64,000 nt of DNA from Ktedonobacterales bacterium (GTDB lineage Bacteria; Chloroflexota; Ktedonobacteria; Ktedonobacterales; DATBGS01), in contig DATBHW010000007.1 in the NCBI GenBank assembly GCA_036557285.1, positions 17,657 through 81,656 of the forward strand, written 5' to 3'. The notes below the pieces were generated by a model. The model saw nothing but the letters and a program-made list of their open reading frames with translations, was not told the DNA's origin and searched no databases. This document shows, one piece after another, positions 45,196-54,741 of this stretch. The translations under genes were made by a program, and so were the position numbers. Positions within the stretch are counted from its first letter, which is position 1. Every line of letters starts with the position of its first letter.

Positions 45196-45846
45196 ATGCT
45201 GCGTATTCTTACCGCCTGGGATGAGGCAACGGGAAGTGTGATTGATACCGCCATCACGGCGGCGGTAGAAACCGCCCGCGCCGGAGGCATGATCGCGTTC
45301 CCAACCGATACGCTTTTTGGCGTCGCGGTAGACGGGTGTAACGCTGCGGCTGTCCAGCGCGTATTTCAAGTAAAGCGTCGTCCGCCGGACAAGCCGCTGC
45401 CGCTCTTAGTGGCCGATGTCGCTGCTGTAGGCGAGGTGGCCCTGGAGGAGCGGCTTAGTCCTGGCGCGCGACGGCTGATGCATCGCTACTGGCCCGGCGC
45501 ACTGACCATCGTGCTGCCAGCCCAACCGGGATTGGTCGCGGGAACCCGGCAAGATGATAAGGTTGCTGTGCGCGTACCCAATCATCCGGTGGCGCTGGCC
45601 GTTCTGCGGTCTTTTGGCGGGCCACTGGCGACCACCAGCGCCAATATCTCTGGCATGGAAGGCGCGCGGAACCCTGAAGAAGTCGCGCAGAGTATTGGCG
45701 AAGGGATTGATGTGTTGTTGATTGGTGGCCCGCCGCTGCGCGAACTGGCCTCCAGCATCATTGATGTGACAGTTGATCCGCCAGAGCAGCTTCGCGCCGG
45801 GGCCATCCCCTGGGATGAGTTGATCGCTGTAGCACAGGGCGAATGA
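45196..45846 (+). CDS. tsaC: L-threonylcarbamoyladenylate synthase (YrdC/TsaC type)
   Basis: 'IAFPTDTLFGVAVD', 'KRRPPDKPLPLLV', 'YWPGALTIVLP', 'VAVRVPNHPVALAVL', 'TTSANISG'. Confidence 0.9.
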   Translation: MLRILTAWDEATGSVIDTAITAAVETARAGGMIAFPTDTLFGVAVDGCNAAAVQRVFQVKRRPPDKPLPLLVADVAAVGEVALEERLSPGARRLMHRYWPGALTIVLPAQPGLVAGTRQDDKVAVRVPNHPVALAVLRSFGGPLATTSANISGMEGARNPEEVAQSIGEGIDVLLIGGPPLRELASSIIDVTVDPPEQLRAGAIPWDELIAVAQGE

Positions 45847-45946
45847 TAAGGCGCTTCGCAGAGAGGCGCAGCAGAAACCGGCTCTGCCACTATCTGGACG
45901 CTGCCACGCCTGCAAGGAGCAGCGCCTGCCGGGGAAGAAGGATTCG

Positions 45947-47008
45947 ATGGATTCCAATCGCTATGCCGGTTTTGGACAGAGCAGCGACGGCACGTGGGAC
46001 CAGTCTCAGCAGTATTCCAGCTATCCACCGTCGCCGGAGTATTTCCAGTCGCCAAAACCAGACTATCCAACCTATCCCCCGGAGCCGGACTATTTCCAGT
46101 CAGCGGCGCCGACCCAGCCCGGCGCAGGCCCCAGGCCAGCGCAGCCCGGCTATCTGACCCCTGACTATTACGGTGAGACGCCTACCAATCAACTGACCGA
46201 TATTCGCTACGATCAGCCCAACAAGCGCAGCAAATGGGTCAAAGCCGGTGGCGGCGCTGGCATCGGCATCCTGGGCGTGCTGCTGAAGTTTGGCGCGGCC
46301 ATTCTGGGCGGGCTGAAATATGCCTTTGCCTTCTTCAAGTTTGGCTCAGTCTTCTCCATCGTCATCAGCCTGGCGGTCTACGCCGCCGCGTTTGGCTGGC
46401 AGTTTGCGATTGGCATCATCTTCCTGCTCTTCCTGCACGAGATGGGACATGTATTGGTCTTGCGAGCAAAGGGCGTGCCTGCCAGCGCGCCCATCTTTAT
46501 TCCCCTGATGGGTGCGTTTGTCGCCATGAAGGCTATGCCGCGCAATGCCAAAGATGAGGCGGAAATCGCCATCGCCGGACCAATCCTTGGGACGATTGCC
46601 GCGCTGCTCTGCTTCATCCCCCACTTTTTGGGCAGCCAGAGCGGCCTCTGGCCCGCGCTGGCTTATTTCGGTTTCTTCATCAACCTGTTCAACCTGATCC
46701 CCGTCAGCCCGCTGGACGGTGGGCGCATCGTGGGGGCTATTTCGCGCAAGGTGTGGCTGCTTGGATTGGTGCTGCTGGTCGGGCTGCTTTTCCTGCGCTT
46801 TAATATCTTTCTACTCTTCATCGTGGGCCTCTCCGCGTTCACCATCTTCAGCCAGCTTCGCCACCCAAACCAATCGCAGCAGAGCTACTATCAGGTACCG
46901 CTGGGTACCAAAATCTTTATCAGCATTGCTTACTTTGGGCTGGCCGCCTTTCTGGTCGTCATGATGGTCTACGCGCAGAGCCTCATCCCCATAGCAACCG
47001 GCTACTAA
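45947..47008 (+). CDS. M50-family (site-2 protease type) membrane metalloprotease with a Pro/Tyr-rich N-terminal extension
   Basis: 'FLLFLHEMGHVLV' (HExxH) and 'NLFNLIPVSPLDGGRI'. N-terminus 'YPPSPEYFQSPKPDYPTYPPEPDYFQS'. Confidence 0.85.
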   Translation: MDSNRYAGFGQSSDGTWDQSQQYSSYPPSPEYFQSPKPDYPTYPPEPDYFQSAAPTQPGAGPRPAQPGYLTPDYYGETPTNQLTDIRYDQPNKRSKWVKAGGGAGIGILGVLLKFGAAILGGLKYAFAFFKFGSVFSIVISLAVYAAAFGWQFAIGIIFLLFLHEMGHVLVLRAKGVPASAPIFIPLMGAFVAMKAMPRNAKDEAEIAIAGPILGTIAALLCFIPHFLGSQSGLWPALAYFGFFINLFNLIPVSPLDGGRIVGAISRKVWLLGLVLLVGLLFLRFNIFLLFIVGLSAFTIFSQLRHPNQSQQSYYQVPLGTKIFISIAYFGLAAFLVVMMVYAQSLIPIATGY

Positions 47009-47013
47009 GAGTG

Positions 47014-47102
47014 CCTCACACAACCTCCGCACGAGCAGGGGCGGGGTTGCAGCGCCGTCCTTCCAGGCGGCAGGGGTGGGGCCAACCGTCGGTTGTGTGA
47101 GG
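47014..47102 (+). repeat. 89-bp palindromic intergenic element, family A, copy 2
   Basis: CCTCACACAACC...GGTTGTGTGAGG; the inner unit begins GCAG. It lies 6 nt after the M50 protease stop. Confidence 0.9.
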
Positions 47103-47205
47103 CATTCTAAGCACAGCTTGAGCAGCTTGAGATCGCTCTGAGCGACACATATCCGTATTATCTGCTGGCGCGTTTCTTCCAGCTTCTTGCCCGCAAAAAC
47201 AGCGA

Positions 47206-48144
47206 TTAGCTTTTCGGGTGGGTACGGACCTCGGCTCCAGCCTGCTCCTCCAGCAGTTTGATGACCGCTGAATAATCAGACCGGCCATAGCCCGCCTCGC
47301 GGGCGCGCGCATACATCTCGCGGGTGAGCGCGGCCAGTTCCAGCGGCACGCCATTGGCCGCGCCCAGGTCCAGCGCCAGCCCCAGGTCTTTATAGAGTAG
47401 ATCGGTCATAAACCCAGGCTGAAACGAGCCGTTATAGACGCGCAAAGGAAAGACTGTACTCAACTGCCAGCTTGCGCCGCTGCTGACGCCAATAATCTTT
47501 GCCAACGACTCCACATCCACGCCCGCCTTCACGCCCAGCACCATCGCTTCGGCAGAGGCGGCGGCAATCGCCCCGCAGAGCAGGTTGTTGGCAAGCTTCA
47601 CCACCTCGCCCGACCCGCTCGGCCCGACGTAGAAGATTTTTTCCCGGCTGCCCATCGCCTCAAGGATCGGGCGGCACGCCTCGAACACCTGTTGATCGCC
47701 GCCCACCATGATGCTGAGCGTGCCGGCTTCCGCGCCGGTTGAGCCGCCGCTTACCGGCGCATCCAGAAAGGCTACGCCGCGCTCAGCAGCGCGCCGGGCG
47801 AAGTCCCGCGAGGCGTCCGGCGCAATCGTACTCATATCTATGATCGTCATGCCCACTCGCGCGCCCGCGCCCGCCAGCACGCCCGCCTCGTCGAAAACGA
47901 CTTCTTCGACCTCTGGCGAATTGGGCAGCATGGTAATCACCACGTCCGACGCTTCGCCCACCGCGCGGCTGGAAGTAACCGGCGTCGCGCCCTCTGAAAC
48001 GAGGTCTTGCACCTTTTCTGGATGGCGCGCGTAGATGGTCAGCGGGAAGCCCGCCTTCATCAGATTGCGCGCCATCGGCTTGCCCATCAGCCCCAGGCCG
48101 ATAAAACCTATTCGCTGCTTCACTGGTTGCTCCTCACACGTCAA
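47206..48144 (-). CDS. NAD(P)-dependent 3-hydroxyisobutyrate / 2-hydroxy-3-oxopropionate reductase family dehydrogenase
   Basis: 'IGFIGLGLMGKPMARNL', 'DAPVSGG', 'GSGEVVKLANN'. Confidence 0.85.
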   Translation of the reverse strand: MTCEEQPVKQRIGFIGLGLMGKPMARNLMKAGFPLTIYARHPEKVQDLVSEGATPVTSSRAVGEASDVVITMLPNSPEVEEVVFDEAGVLAGAGARVGMTIIDMSTIAPDASRDFARRAAERGVAFLDAPVSGGSTGAEAGTLSIMVGGDQQVFEACRPILEAMGSREKIFYVGPSGSGEVVKLANNLLCGAIAAASAEAMVLGVKAGVDVESLAKIIGVSSGASWQLSTVFPLRVYNGSFQPGFMTDLLYKDLGLALDLGAANGVPLELAALTREMYARAREAGYGRSDYSAVIKLLEEQAGAEVRTHPKS

Positions 48145-48680
48145 GGATTATTTGCGGCTTGTTCAGGAGACGCCGCGCTCCCCTCAAGGGCGTCGTGCAG
48201 TTCCTGGCGATGCCGGGTATAGTGTTCCAGGCGCTCTAGAATATCGTCCCGCATCTTCTCCAGCCCGGCAATTTTATGTTCCACCACCCCTAATTGCTGG
48301 CGGCTGAGCCGTTCCGCCTCCTCGATATGCTTCAGCTTGACGGCTGGATCGGTCTCGTGCTGAAAGGCCACGCGAACCAACCCGCGCTCATCATCGGCCT
48401 GGAGCAGTTCACGAATCTCCGCCAGCGAAAAGCCCAGCAGGTCTTTAAGCCGCTGGATGCGCTCCAGGCGAGCAATATCATCTTCGCTGTAGAGACGATA
48501 CCCCCCTTCGGTGCGCTCGGCTGGCGGCAGCAGGCCGATTTCTTCGTAATAGCGTAAAGTACGCCTGGTGGTTTGCAGGCGATCCGCCACCTGCTCGATT
48601 CGATATTTTGGTCTTTGACCCTCGGCTGGCCTATCCGGTGATACGGTTTTATCCGATGGAGTTGACGACATGGCAGGCAT
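48141..48680 (-). CDS. MerR-family transcriptional regulator
   Basis: 'YRIEQVADRLQTTRRTLRYYEEIGLLPP...GYRLYSEDDIARLERIQRLK'. GGGAGGTGG RBS before the ATG at 48680. 4-nt overlap with the downstream dehydrogenase. Confidence 0.85.
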   Translation of the reverse strand: MPAMSSTPSDKTVSPDRPAEGQRPKYRIEQVADRLQTTRRTLRYYEEIGLLPPAERTEGGYRLYSEDDIARLERIQRLKDLLGFSLAEIRELLQADDERGLVRVAFQHETDPAVKLKHIEEAERLSRQQLGVVEHKIAGLEKMRDDILERLEHYTRHRQELHDALEGSAASPEQAANNP

Positions 48681-48852
48681 TTTCCACCTCCCTGAACCGC
48701 CGGATGATGATTGACATCCGGCCTCTACTTCCCTGGACCCCTGCACAAACACTGGCGCGCCCCTTCACTTGATGCCTAGCGTATCATGCGGTTACGTCAA
48801 CGTCAATTTGAGCGCGCTGTTCCACACGAGGTTCTGCCAAAAAGCGGGGCCA

Positions 48853-49040
48853 CTTGTAGCGCCGCCGTCCCGGCGGCAGGGGCTGCGGGGCGGTGTACCT
48901 GTAGCGCCGCCGTCCCGGCGGCCAGCGTTGGCCTGCTGGCGCCGTGGCCCGGAGGGCGAACGCTCGCCCTGGCGCAGCGTCCAGCCGCCGAGACGGCGGC
49001 GCTACCAGTGGCAGCCCCCGATAATTGGTGGAACCTCCAC
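48853..49040. repeat. REP-like mosaic element, family B, copy 1 (two tandem heads + 58-bp module + inverted head + tail)
   Basis: TGTAGCGCCGCCGTCCCGGCGGC occurs at 48855 and 48900, GGCGGCGCTAC at 48995, and the tail is GGCAGCCCCCGATAATTGGTGGAACC. Confidence 0.85.
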
Positions 49041-49167
49041 ACGATGACCTGTTGACCTGCTCTTGCCGGTGTGGTAGAATAATGCCATATCCTTTCCGTT
49101 CACGTCAAGGTGATGGGCCTTCAGCAGACCAGCAGAAGACACCCCAGGCAAACGAGGTAGAAGATCA

Positions 49168-50709
49168 ATGCGCACACACCAGGAGGAGGCTCTTGCGTCA
49201 GCAAAGAGCGGCAGCGCCGCCAGCGTCAACCTGAGCAAGCCAGAGACAACGTTCGATGAATCGGCAGGCGATCCCACCGCCAGGAAGTGGCTGGTCATGG
49301 CCGTTGTGGGCGTTGGCGGCTTCATGGCCGCGCTCAACTCCGCCAGTCTGATTATCATCCTGCCCACCCTGCAAGCAGACCTGCATACCGATCTTATCAA
49401 CATTCTCTGGGTAATGCTGGCTTATGTGCTGGCTTCTGCCGTTCTCTTGCTCAGCGTCGGACGATTGGCCGACCTGATCGGCAACAAACGCATCTACGTG
49501 CTGGGCTACCTCATCTTCGGGCTAGGCTCCACGCTGTGCGCGCTGGCAGGTAACGTCTGGGTGCTTATCGCGGCGCGCTTCGTGCAGGGCATCGGCGGCG
49601 CGTTGTTGATGGCTAATACCTCCGCGATTATCACCCATACCTTCCCCAAACGAGAACTGGGCCGCGCGCTGGGCATTGCCTCGGCGACCTTCTCGGTGGG
49701 CACCACCCTTGGCCCCATTGTTGGCGGGCTGCTGACAGATGCGATCAACTGGCATTGGGCTTTCTGGTTCAACGTGCCTTTCGCCGCCATCGGGCTAGTG
49801 CTGGCCGCGCTGTACCTGCACAGCGAAATTGGCGCGCGGCAGAACACCGGGCGAGAAGGCTTTGATTGGATCGGCGCTGTCCTGCTGGCGATCAGCCTGT
49901 CGGCGCTGCTGTACTTTGTCTCGCTCGGTCCGCTCTATGGCTGGAGTTCGGCGCGAATGCTCGGAACGCTTGCCATCTTTCTCGTGACCGCCGCGCTCTT
50001 CATTGGGCGTCAGCTTGTCGCGCCAGCGCCGCTGCTTCACCTGCGCCTATTTCAGCATCGCCTCTTCACGATGGCAAACCTCTCCGCCGCCCTCGCTTCA
50101 ATGGGCATGATCGCCGTCCTCTTCTTGATGCCCTTCTACCTCGAAGATGTATTGCACTACTCGCTCTTTCTCTCCGCCGTTCTGCTGACTCCCTACCCGC
50201 TGACGATGCTGATTGTCGCGCCGATCAGCGGCTGGCTCTCTGACCGGCTTGGCTCGCGCACCCTTGGGACTATTGGCATGGCCCTTTCGGCGCTGAGCCT
50301 GCTCTGGATGAGTACCCTGGGCATCCATTCGACCTATGGCGACGTTGCCGTCCGGCTCGTCGTGCTGGGGCTGGGCATGGGCCTCTTCCAATCGCCAAAT
50401 AACAGCGCGGTTATGAGTTCGGCCCCCTCGACACGTCGCGGCATCGCCTCGGCGGTGCTGGGTACGATGCGCAACCTGGGTACGATGCTGGGCATCGGCA
50501 TTACCGGCGCGGTCTTCGTCAGCTTTATGCCCTATAACGCCTTTCTCCAACTTGCCCTGACCGGCGAAACGACCCAGAGCGGCGTGGACGCGGTGATCGC
50601 CGCATTCCGCATCTGCTACTGGGCTGCCACGCTCTTCGCTGTGCTGGGCATCATTACCTCGCTCAGCCGGGGCAAATCGCTCCCGCAGACCGCCCACCAG
50701 GCCGCCTGA
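49168..50709 (+). CDS. MFS transporter, DHA2 (EmrB/QacA, 14-TMS) type
   Basis: About 14 hydrophobic helices; motif A-like 'GRLADLIGNKRIY'; 'GLGMGLFQSPNNSAVM'. Confidence 0.85.
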   Translation: MRTHQEEALASAKSGSAASVNLSKPETTFDESAGDPTARKWLVMAVVGVGGFMAALNSASLIIILPTLQADLHTDLINILWVMLAYVLASAVLLLSVGRLADLIGNKRIYVLGYLIFGLGSTLCALAGNVWVLIAARFVQGIGGALLMANTSAIITHTFPKRELGRALGIASATFSVGTTLGPIVGGLLTDAINWHWAFWFNVPFAAIGLVLAALYLHSEIGARQNTGREGFDWIGAVLLAISLSALLYFVSLGPLYGWSSARMLGTLAIFLVTAALFIGRQLVAPAPLLHLRLFQHRLFTMANLSAALASMGMIAVLFLMPFYLEDVLHYSLFLSAVLLTPYPLTMLIVAPISGWLSDRLGSRTLGTIGMALSALSLLWMSTLGIHSTYGDVAVRLVVLGLGMGLFQSPNNSAVMSSAPSTRRGIASAVLGTMRNLGTMLGIGITGAVFVSFMPYNAFLQLALTGETTQSGVDAVIAAFRICYWAATLFAVLGIITSLSRGKSLPQTAHQAA

Positions 50710-50791
50710 GCAAGACAGATCAAGCGACAGAAACCGGGCAATCCGGCCTTGTTTTTGCGAGATGCTTTGCCAGATGCCCTGTAGGGATCAT

Positions 50792-50820
50792 TTGCCCCGA
50801 TGAATACCAGAGCGTATACT
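50792..50820 (+). promoter_or_regulatory. Candidate promoter TTGCCC-N17-TATACT for the metallophosphoesterase gene
   Basis: Hexamers were read directly. It lies about 68 nt upstream of the TTG start at 50888. Confidence 0.3.
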
Positions 50821-50887
50821 GAAAAGCAGAACAGCACGACCTGCGCTGCATCGGTCTTTTTCAGCGACTAACCCCTGGAGGGAACCT

Positions 50888-52153
50888 TTGGCTACCGCGA
50901 TACTCTCGGACCTGCACCTTGGCGCGGCGCATGGCGATGACCTGCTGCGCTATCCCTTCTTTTGTGACCTGCTGCGCGAGCAGCTTGATGGCGTTGACCA
51001 TATCGTCTTGCTCGGCGACATTCTTGATCTTCGTTTCCAGCAGTTGGAAGACGCGCTGCTCATCTCCACCCCGTTCCTGAGCATGCTGGGCGACGCGCTG
51101 CGCGGGGCCAGACATCCGCGCGTCACCTATATTCCCGGCAACCACGATCATCATTATGCTGTGCGGCTGATCGAAAGCGAACAGGAACGGGCCATCGAGG
51201 CGGGCGAACCATTTACACTCAGGCAGGTGGTCGCGCCACCGGATTTTTTTCTGTCGCGCCAGCTTGCCCGCATCATCGGCGGCCCGGTGGATGTACGCTT
51301 CGCTTATTTCTATGACACTCTTGAATCCTCCGAAGGCCCCATTTTTCTGATACACGGCCATTACCTGGACCTGCATCTTGGCGCGGCTCCGGCTCGGCTG
51401 CTGAGTCTGGTGCAGGCAAGCATCGCAGCGGCAGGCCAGACGGTGGACGGCTTCTCGCCCGATCTCTACGAAGCCATTCTGCGCCCGCAATACGAACTGC
51501 TCCACTGGATTGGGCAATCGCCAGGTGGGGGCCAGATGCAGAGCCGCATCTACGAGCGGCTGCGCGGCGGAGCGCCTCCCAGCACCCGCCTGCGCCAGAT
51601 TCGCCGGGCCGCCCTGCGTGGGGCAGCCTCGGTTGGCGGCAGGGTGGGCGTGGCGCTGGCAGAAACGCTGGCGAACCGCATCGTCAAAGGCGGCCTTAGC
51701 CTGACTTCGCCCGCCCGCGAGGCCCAGGCAGAGGCGACCATCCACGCCTTCAACCTGAGCCTGGAGGAGTTGGCCCCCTATCTGCCTGACGGCATGCGCT
51801 ATGTCATCTTCGGCCACACGCACCGCCCAGGGCCACTCGAAGAGGGCGACAGCCTTGATCGCTGGAGAGTGAAGATGCGCGGGCAAGAGGTGGCGGCAAT
51901 GAACTGCGGCTCCTGGCTCTATGATGACGGCAAAGCGCGCCGACCCGATTACCGCCCGCAGCGCTGGCCCGGCACTTTCATCCTGATTCCCGACCAGGGG
52001 CCGCCGCGTCTGGTGGAAACGCTGGCTGATCTCGCTCAGGATGAACTGGAGGCGCAGCTCAGCGAACGCGAACCAGAAGAAACTGAGGATGAAAGCGACG
52101 CCGGCCCGGATGAGAACAACGTCCAGACGGACCTGCTGTTAGATAGCTATTGA
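50888..52153 (+). CDS. Metallophosphoesterase (calcineurin-like) with an acidic C-terminal tail
   Basis: 'ILSDLHLG', 'LLGDILD', 'PGNHDHH', 'IHGHY', 'FGHTHRPG'. GGAGGG RBS before the TTG start. Confidence 0.8.
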   Translation: MATAILSDLHLGAAHGDDLLRYPFFCDLLREQLDGVDHIVLLGDILDLRFQQLEDALLISTPFLSMLGDALRGARHPRVTYIPGNHDHHYAVRLIESEQERAIEAGEPFTLRQVVAPPDFFLSRQLARIIGGPVDVRFAYFYDTLESSEGPIFLIHGHYLDLHLGAAPARLLSLVQASIAAAGQTVDGFSPDLYEAILRPQYELLHWIGQSPGGGQMQSRIYERLRGGAPPSTRLRQIRRAALRGAASVGGRVGVALAETLANRIVKGGLSLTSPAREAQAEATIHAFNLSLEELAPYLPDGMRYVIFGHTHRPGPLEEGDSLDRWRVKMRGQEVAAMNCGSWLYDDGKARRPDYRPQRWPGTFILIPDQGPPRLVETLADLAQDELEAQLSEREPEETEDESDAGPDENNVQTDLLLDSY

Positions 52154-52633
52154 CATTCGCCCATCGATCAGCTATGCTGTAATTCCAACGGTTGTTGCAT
52201 GCTGGCAACGAGGCCACGCAGGCGATTCAGTCTGTAGCGCGTGTCGGGAGCGCGGTTTTGCTTCCCCATCTTCCCAGGAGCCAGACATGACCAGCCGGAA
52301 CCGTCACGGTTCACTCTTCTTTTCCTGGCGTTGGCCTCACGTAATCTTCCTGATGCTGACGCCTGTCCTCGTGCCGCGCCCCTGGTTGAGCGCGGCATTT
52401 TTGTACACTCCGATACGCCAACGCATCCAACGCTCGTGGCGGCCAGCCTGATCGAGCCGCCTGTCGTGTGAGTAGCAGCGTCAGTAGCAAGCGTGTTTTC
52501 ACCAGATGAGCTTTGCTCAACCGGAGGGCGTCCCAGCCTCGTCTATCACCGCTTAGTCGCTGTTCGGGAGACAGCGGCCAGCATTCCGGGGAGATCACGA
52601 GCAGCGCGCTCCTCATAAGGAGGGTTTTACCGC

Positions 52634-53794
52634 ATGCCTGGCAAGTATACGTTGGGGATTGAGGAAGAGTTTCAACTTGTAGACGCCGTTACCGGAAGTT
52701 TGCGATCAGGGATTGTGCCGCTGATGGCGCTGACCAAAGAGCAGCTAGGCGATCAGGTCAAAGCCGAGTTCTTGCAATGCACCGCCGAAACGATCACTGG
52801 CGTCTGCCCCAGCATTGCCGCTGGCCGAGCCGAAGCCCTCTATCTGCGAACGCAGGTAGCAAAGATGGCCGAGTCTCTGGGCATGCGGCTGCTCTCGGCT
52901 GGCGCCCATCCCATTGACGACTGGCAGGAGCAAGACCGCACCGATCATCCCCGCTACGAAGAGCTTGACGAGCAGCTACAAGACGTCGCGCGCTCCATTC
53001 TCATCTTTGGATTGCACGTCCACATTGGCATCGAAGACCGCAATCACCTGATCGAGATCATGAATCAGGCGCGGAACTATATCCCGCACGTGCTGGCGCT
53101 TTCGGCCAATTCTCCCTTCTGGCAGGGGCGCAACACCGGCTATAAGTCGTTCCGCACCACCGTCTGGCAGCGTTTCCCGCGCAGTGGCCTGCCCGATATT
53201 TATCCGTCTTATGGCGAATTCGAGCGCTTCGTCAATACGCTCGTCACCACGAACTGCATTGACGATGGCAAGAAAATCTGGTGGGACTTGCGCCCGCATC
53301 CCTTTCATCAGACGCTGGAGTTTCGCGTCTGCGATATGCCTGCCACGTTCGATGAGACGATTGCGCTGGCCGCGCTGTTCCAGGCGCTGGTCGCCAGGCT
53401 GGACTGGATGCGCGCCCACAATCGAAGCGTGCATCTCTATCCGACGGCGCTGCTCAACGAAAACAAATGGCGCGCCGCGCGCTACGGCCTGGATGGCAAG
53501 CTGATTGATTTCCCCAACCAGCGCGAAATCCCCACGCGAGAGGCTATTCATGAACTGCTGGATTTCGTTGATGAGGTGATTGATGATCTGGGCAGCCGCC
53601 AGGAGATGAACTGCCTGCGTCGGTTGCTTGAGAGCCAGGAAGGCACAGGCGCAGACCGCCAGCTTGCCATCTATGAGCAAACCGGCGACCTCGCCTCCGT
53701 CGTGCGCTGGCTGGCACATACCACCATGCAGGGCGTCGCGCCAGCAGAAGCCCTGGCAGAACGCCCGGCGCAGGCAGAACAGGTGGGCGATTGA
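52634..53794 (+). CDS. Carboxylate-amine ligase, YbdK / glutamate-cysteine ligase family 2
   Basis: 'LGIEEEFQLVD', 'FGLHVHIG', 'LALSANSPFWQGRNTGYKSFR', 'WWDLRPH'. AAGGAGGG RBS. Confidence 0.85.
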   Translation: MPGKYTLGIEEEFQLVDAVTGSLRSGIVPLMALTKEQLGDQVKAEFLQCTAETITGVCPSIAAGRAEALYLRTQVAKMAESLGMRLLSAGAHPIDDWQEQDRTDHPRYEELDEQLQDVARSILIFGLHVHIGIEDRNHLIEIMNQARNYIPHVLALSANSPFWQGRNTGYKSFRTTVWQRFPRSGLPDIYPSYGEFERFVNTLVTTNCIDDGKKIWWDLRPHPFHQTLEFRVCDMPATFDETIALAALFQALVARLDWMRAHNRSVHLYPTALLNENKWRAARYGLDGKLIDFPNQREIPTREAIHELLDFVDEVIDDLGSRQEMNCLRRLLESQEGTGADRQLAIYEQTGDLASVVRWLAHTTMQGVAPAEALAERPAQAEQVGD

Positions 53795-53896
53795 GCGCCC
53801 CGCCCAGGCGATCTTTGACAGCCGCCAGCGCCGCGCCCTATACTCTTCAGAGAGAAGTGGCAAAAGCCGCCTCTCTCTGAAGAGTATCCCGGAGCC

Positions 53897-54718
53897 TTGG
53901 AGAGCGTGATGGCCGCAGCGTTTCCCCCTGAAGAGCAGCACAGCCAGAGAATCATTCGTTCCTGGCTGCCCGCGCCCTATCGGCAGGAACTGGCCTATCG
54001 AGTGGCGGGCAATGGGCAGCCTGTCGTCTTCCTACACGGCTTGTGGAACTCTTCGGGCGCGTGGGAGCGCGCCCTCGACCTCTTCAGCCCCCACTACCGG
54101 CTCTACGCGCCCGACATCCCAGGACACGGCCAGAGTCCGGCGCGGCTGCCCTGGCGGCTGCGCGAGATCGCGGCGCTGCTGGGCGCCTGGATGCGCTCGC
54201 TGAAGATGCCCCCGGCTACCATCGTCGGGCATTCGATGGGCGGCGCGCTGGCGATCATGCTGGCGGCAGCCGAGCCGCAGCTAATAGACCGCCTGGTCCT
54301 GGTGAATGCGGCGGGGCTGCCCATGCAGCGCCCTTTCCTGCGGGCAGTGATGAGCGCCGGATTGGGCTTTACCAATCGCCAGAACGCGCGCTATACCAGC
54401 CGCTACGGCGACCCACGCCGCGTGCAGGCACTGGCAGTCTGGCAGGCGATGGACGAGGCGCTGGCGTGCGATGTTCGGCCTGATCTGCGTCTCATTCGCT
54501 GCCCCACATTGATTATCTGGGGTCTGCGCGATCCCTTGCTGCCCGCGCAGAGCGCCGTCGTGTTGCAGCGATTGATTCAAGACGCCGAACTGGTGATGCT
54601 GCCCAACGTTCGCCACCATCCCTCGCGCCAGGTTCCCGACGCCTTCGATTCCATCCTGGGAGATTTCCTGGGGCGCTGGCACGCTTCCCTTCAATCCGCT
54701 GAGCAGGTTGGCGATTGA
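53897..54718 (+). CDS. Alpha/beta hydrolase
   Basis: 'VVFLHGLWNSSGAW', nucleophile elbow 'GHSMGG', 'IWGLRDPLL', and a C-terminal His 'NVRHHP'. The start is either the TTG at 53897 or the ATG 12 nt downstream. Confidence 0.8.
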   Translation: MESVMAAAFPPEEQHSQRIIRSWLPAPYRQELAYRVAGNGQPVVFLHGLWNSSGAWERALDLFSPHYRLYAPDIPGHGQSPARLPWRLREIAALLGAWMRSLKMPPATIVGHSMGGALAIMLAAAEPQLIDRLVLVNAAGLPMQRPFLRAVMSAGLGFTNRQNARYTSRYGDPRRVQALAVWQAMDEALACDVRPDLRLIRCPTLIIWGLRDPLLPAQSAVVLQRLIQDAELVMLPNVRHHPSRQVPDAFDSILGDFLGRWHASLQSAEQVGD

Positions 54719-54741
54719 AAAGATTGAAAAGGAGTATTGAC

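Noticed and set aside
50861-51886. 341-aa minus-strand ORF
   Set aside because: It is fully antisense to the metallophosphoesterase ORF, which carries all the canonical metal-binding motifs. Its translation is Ala/Arg/Gln-rich, typical of high-GC shadow frames.
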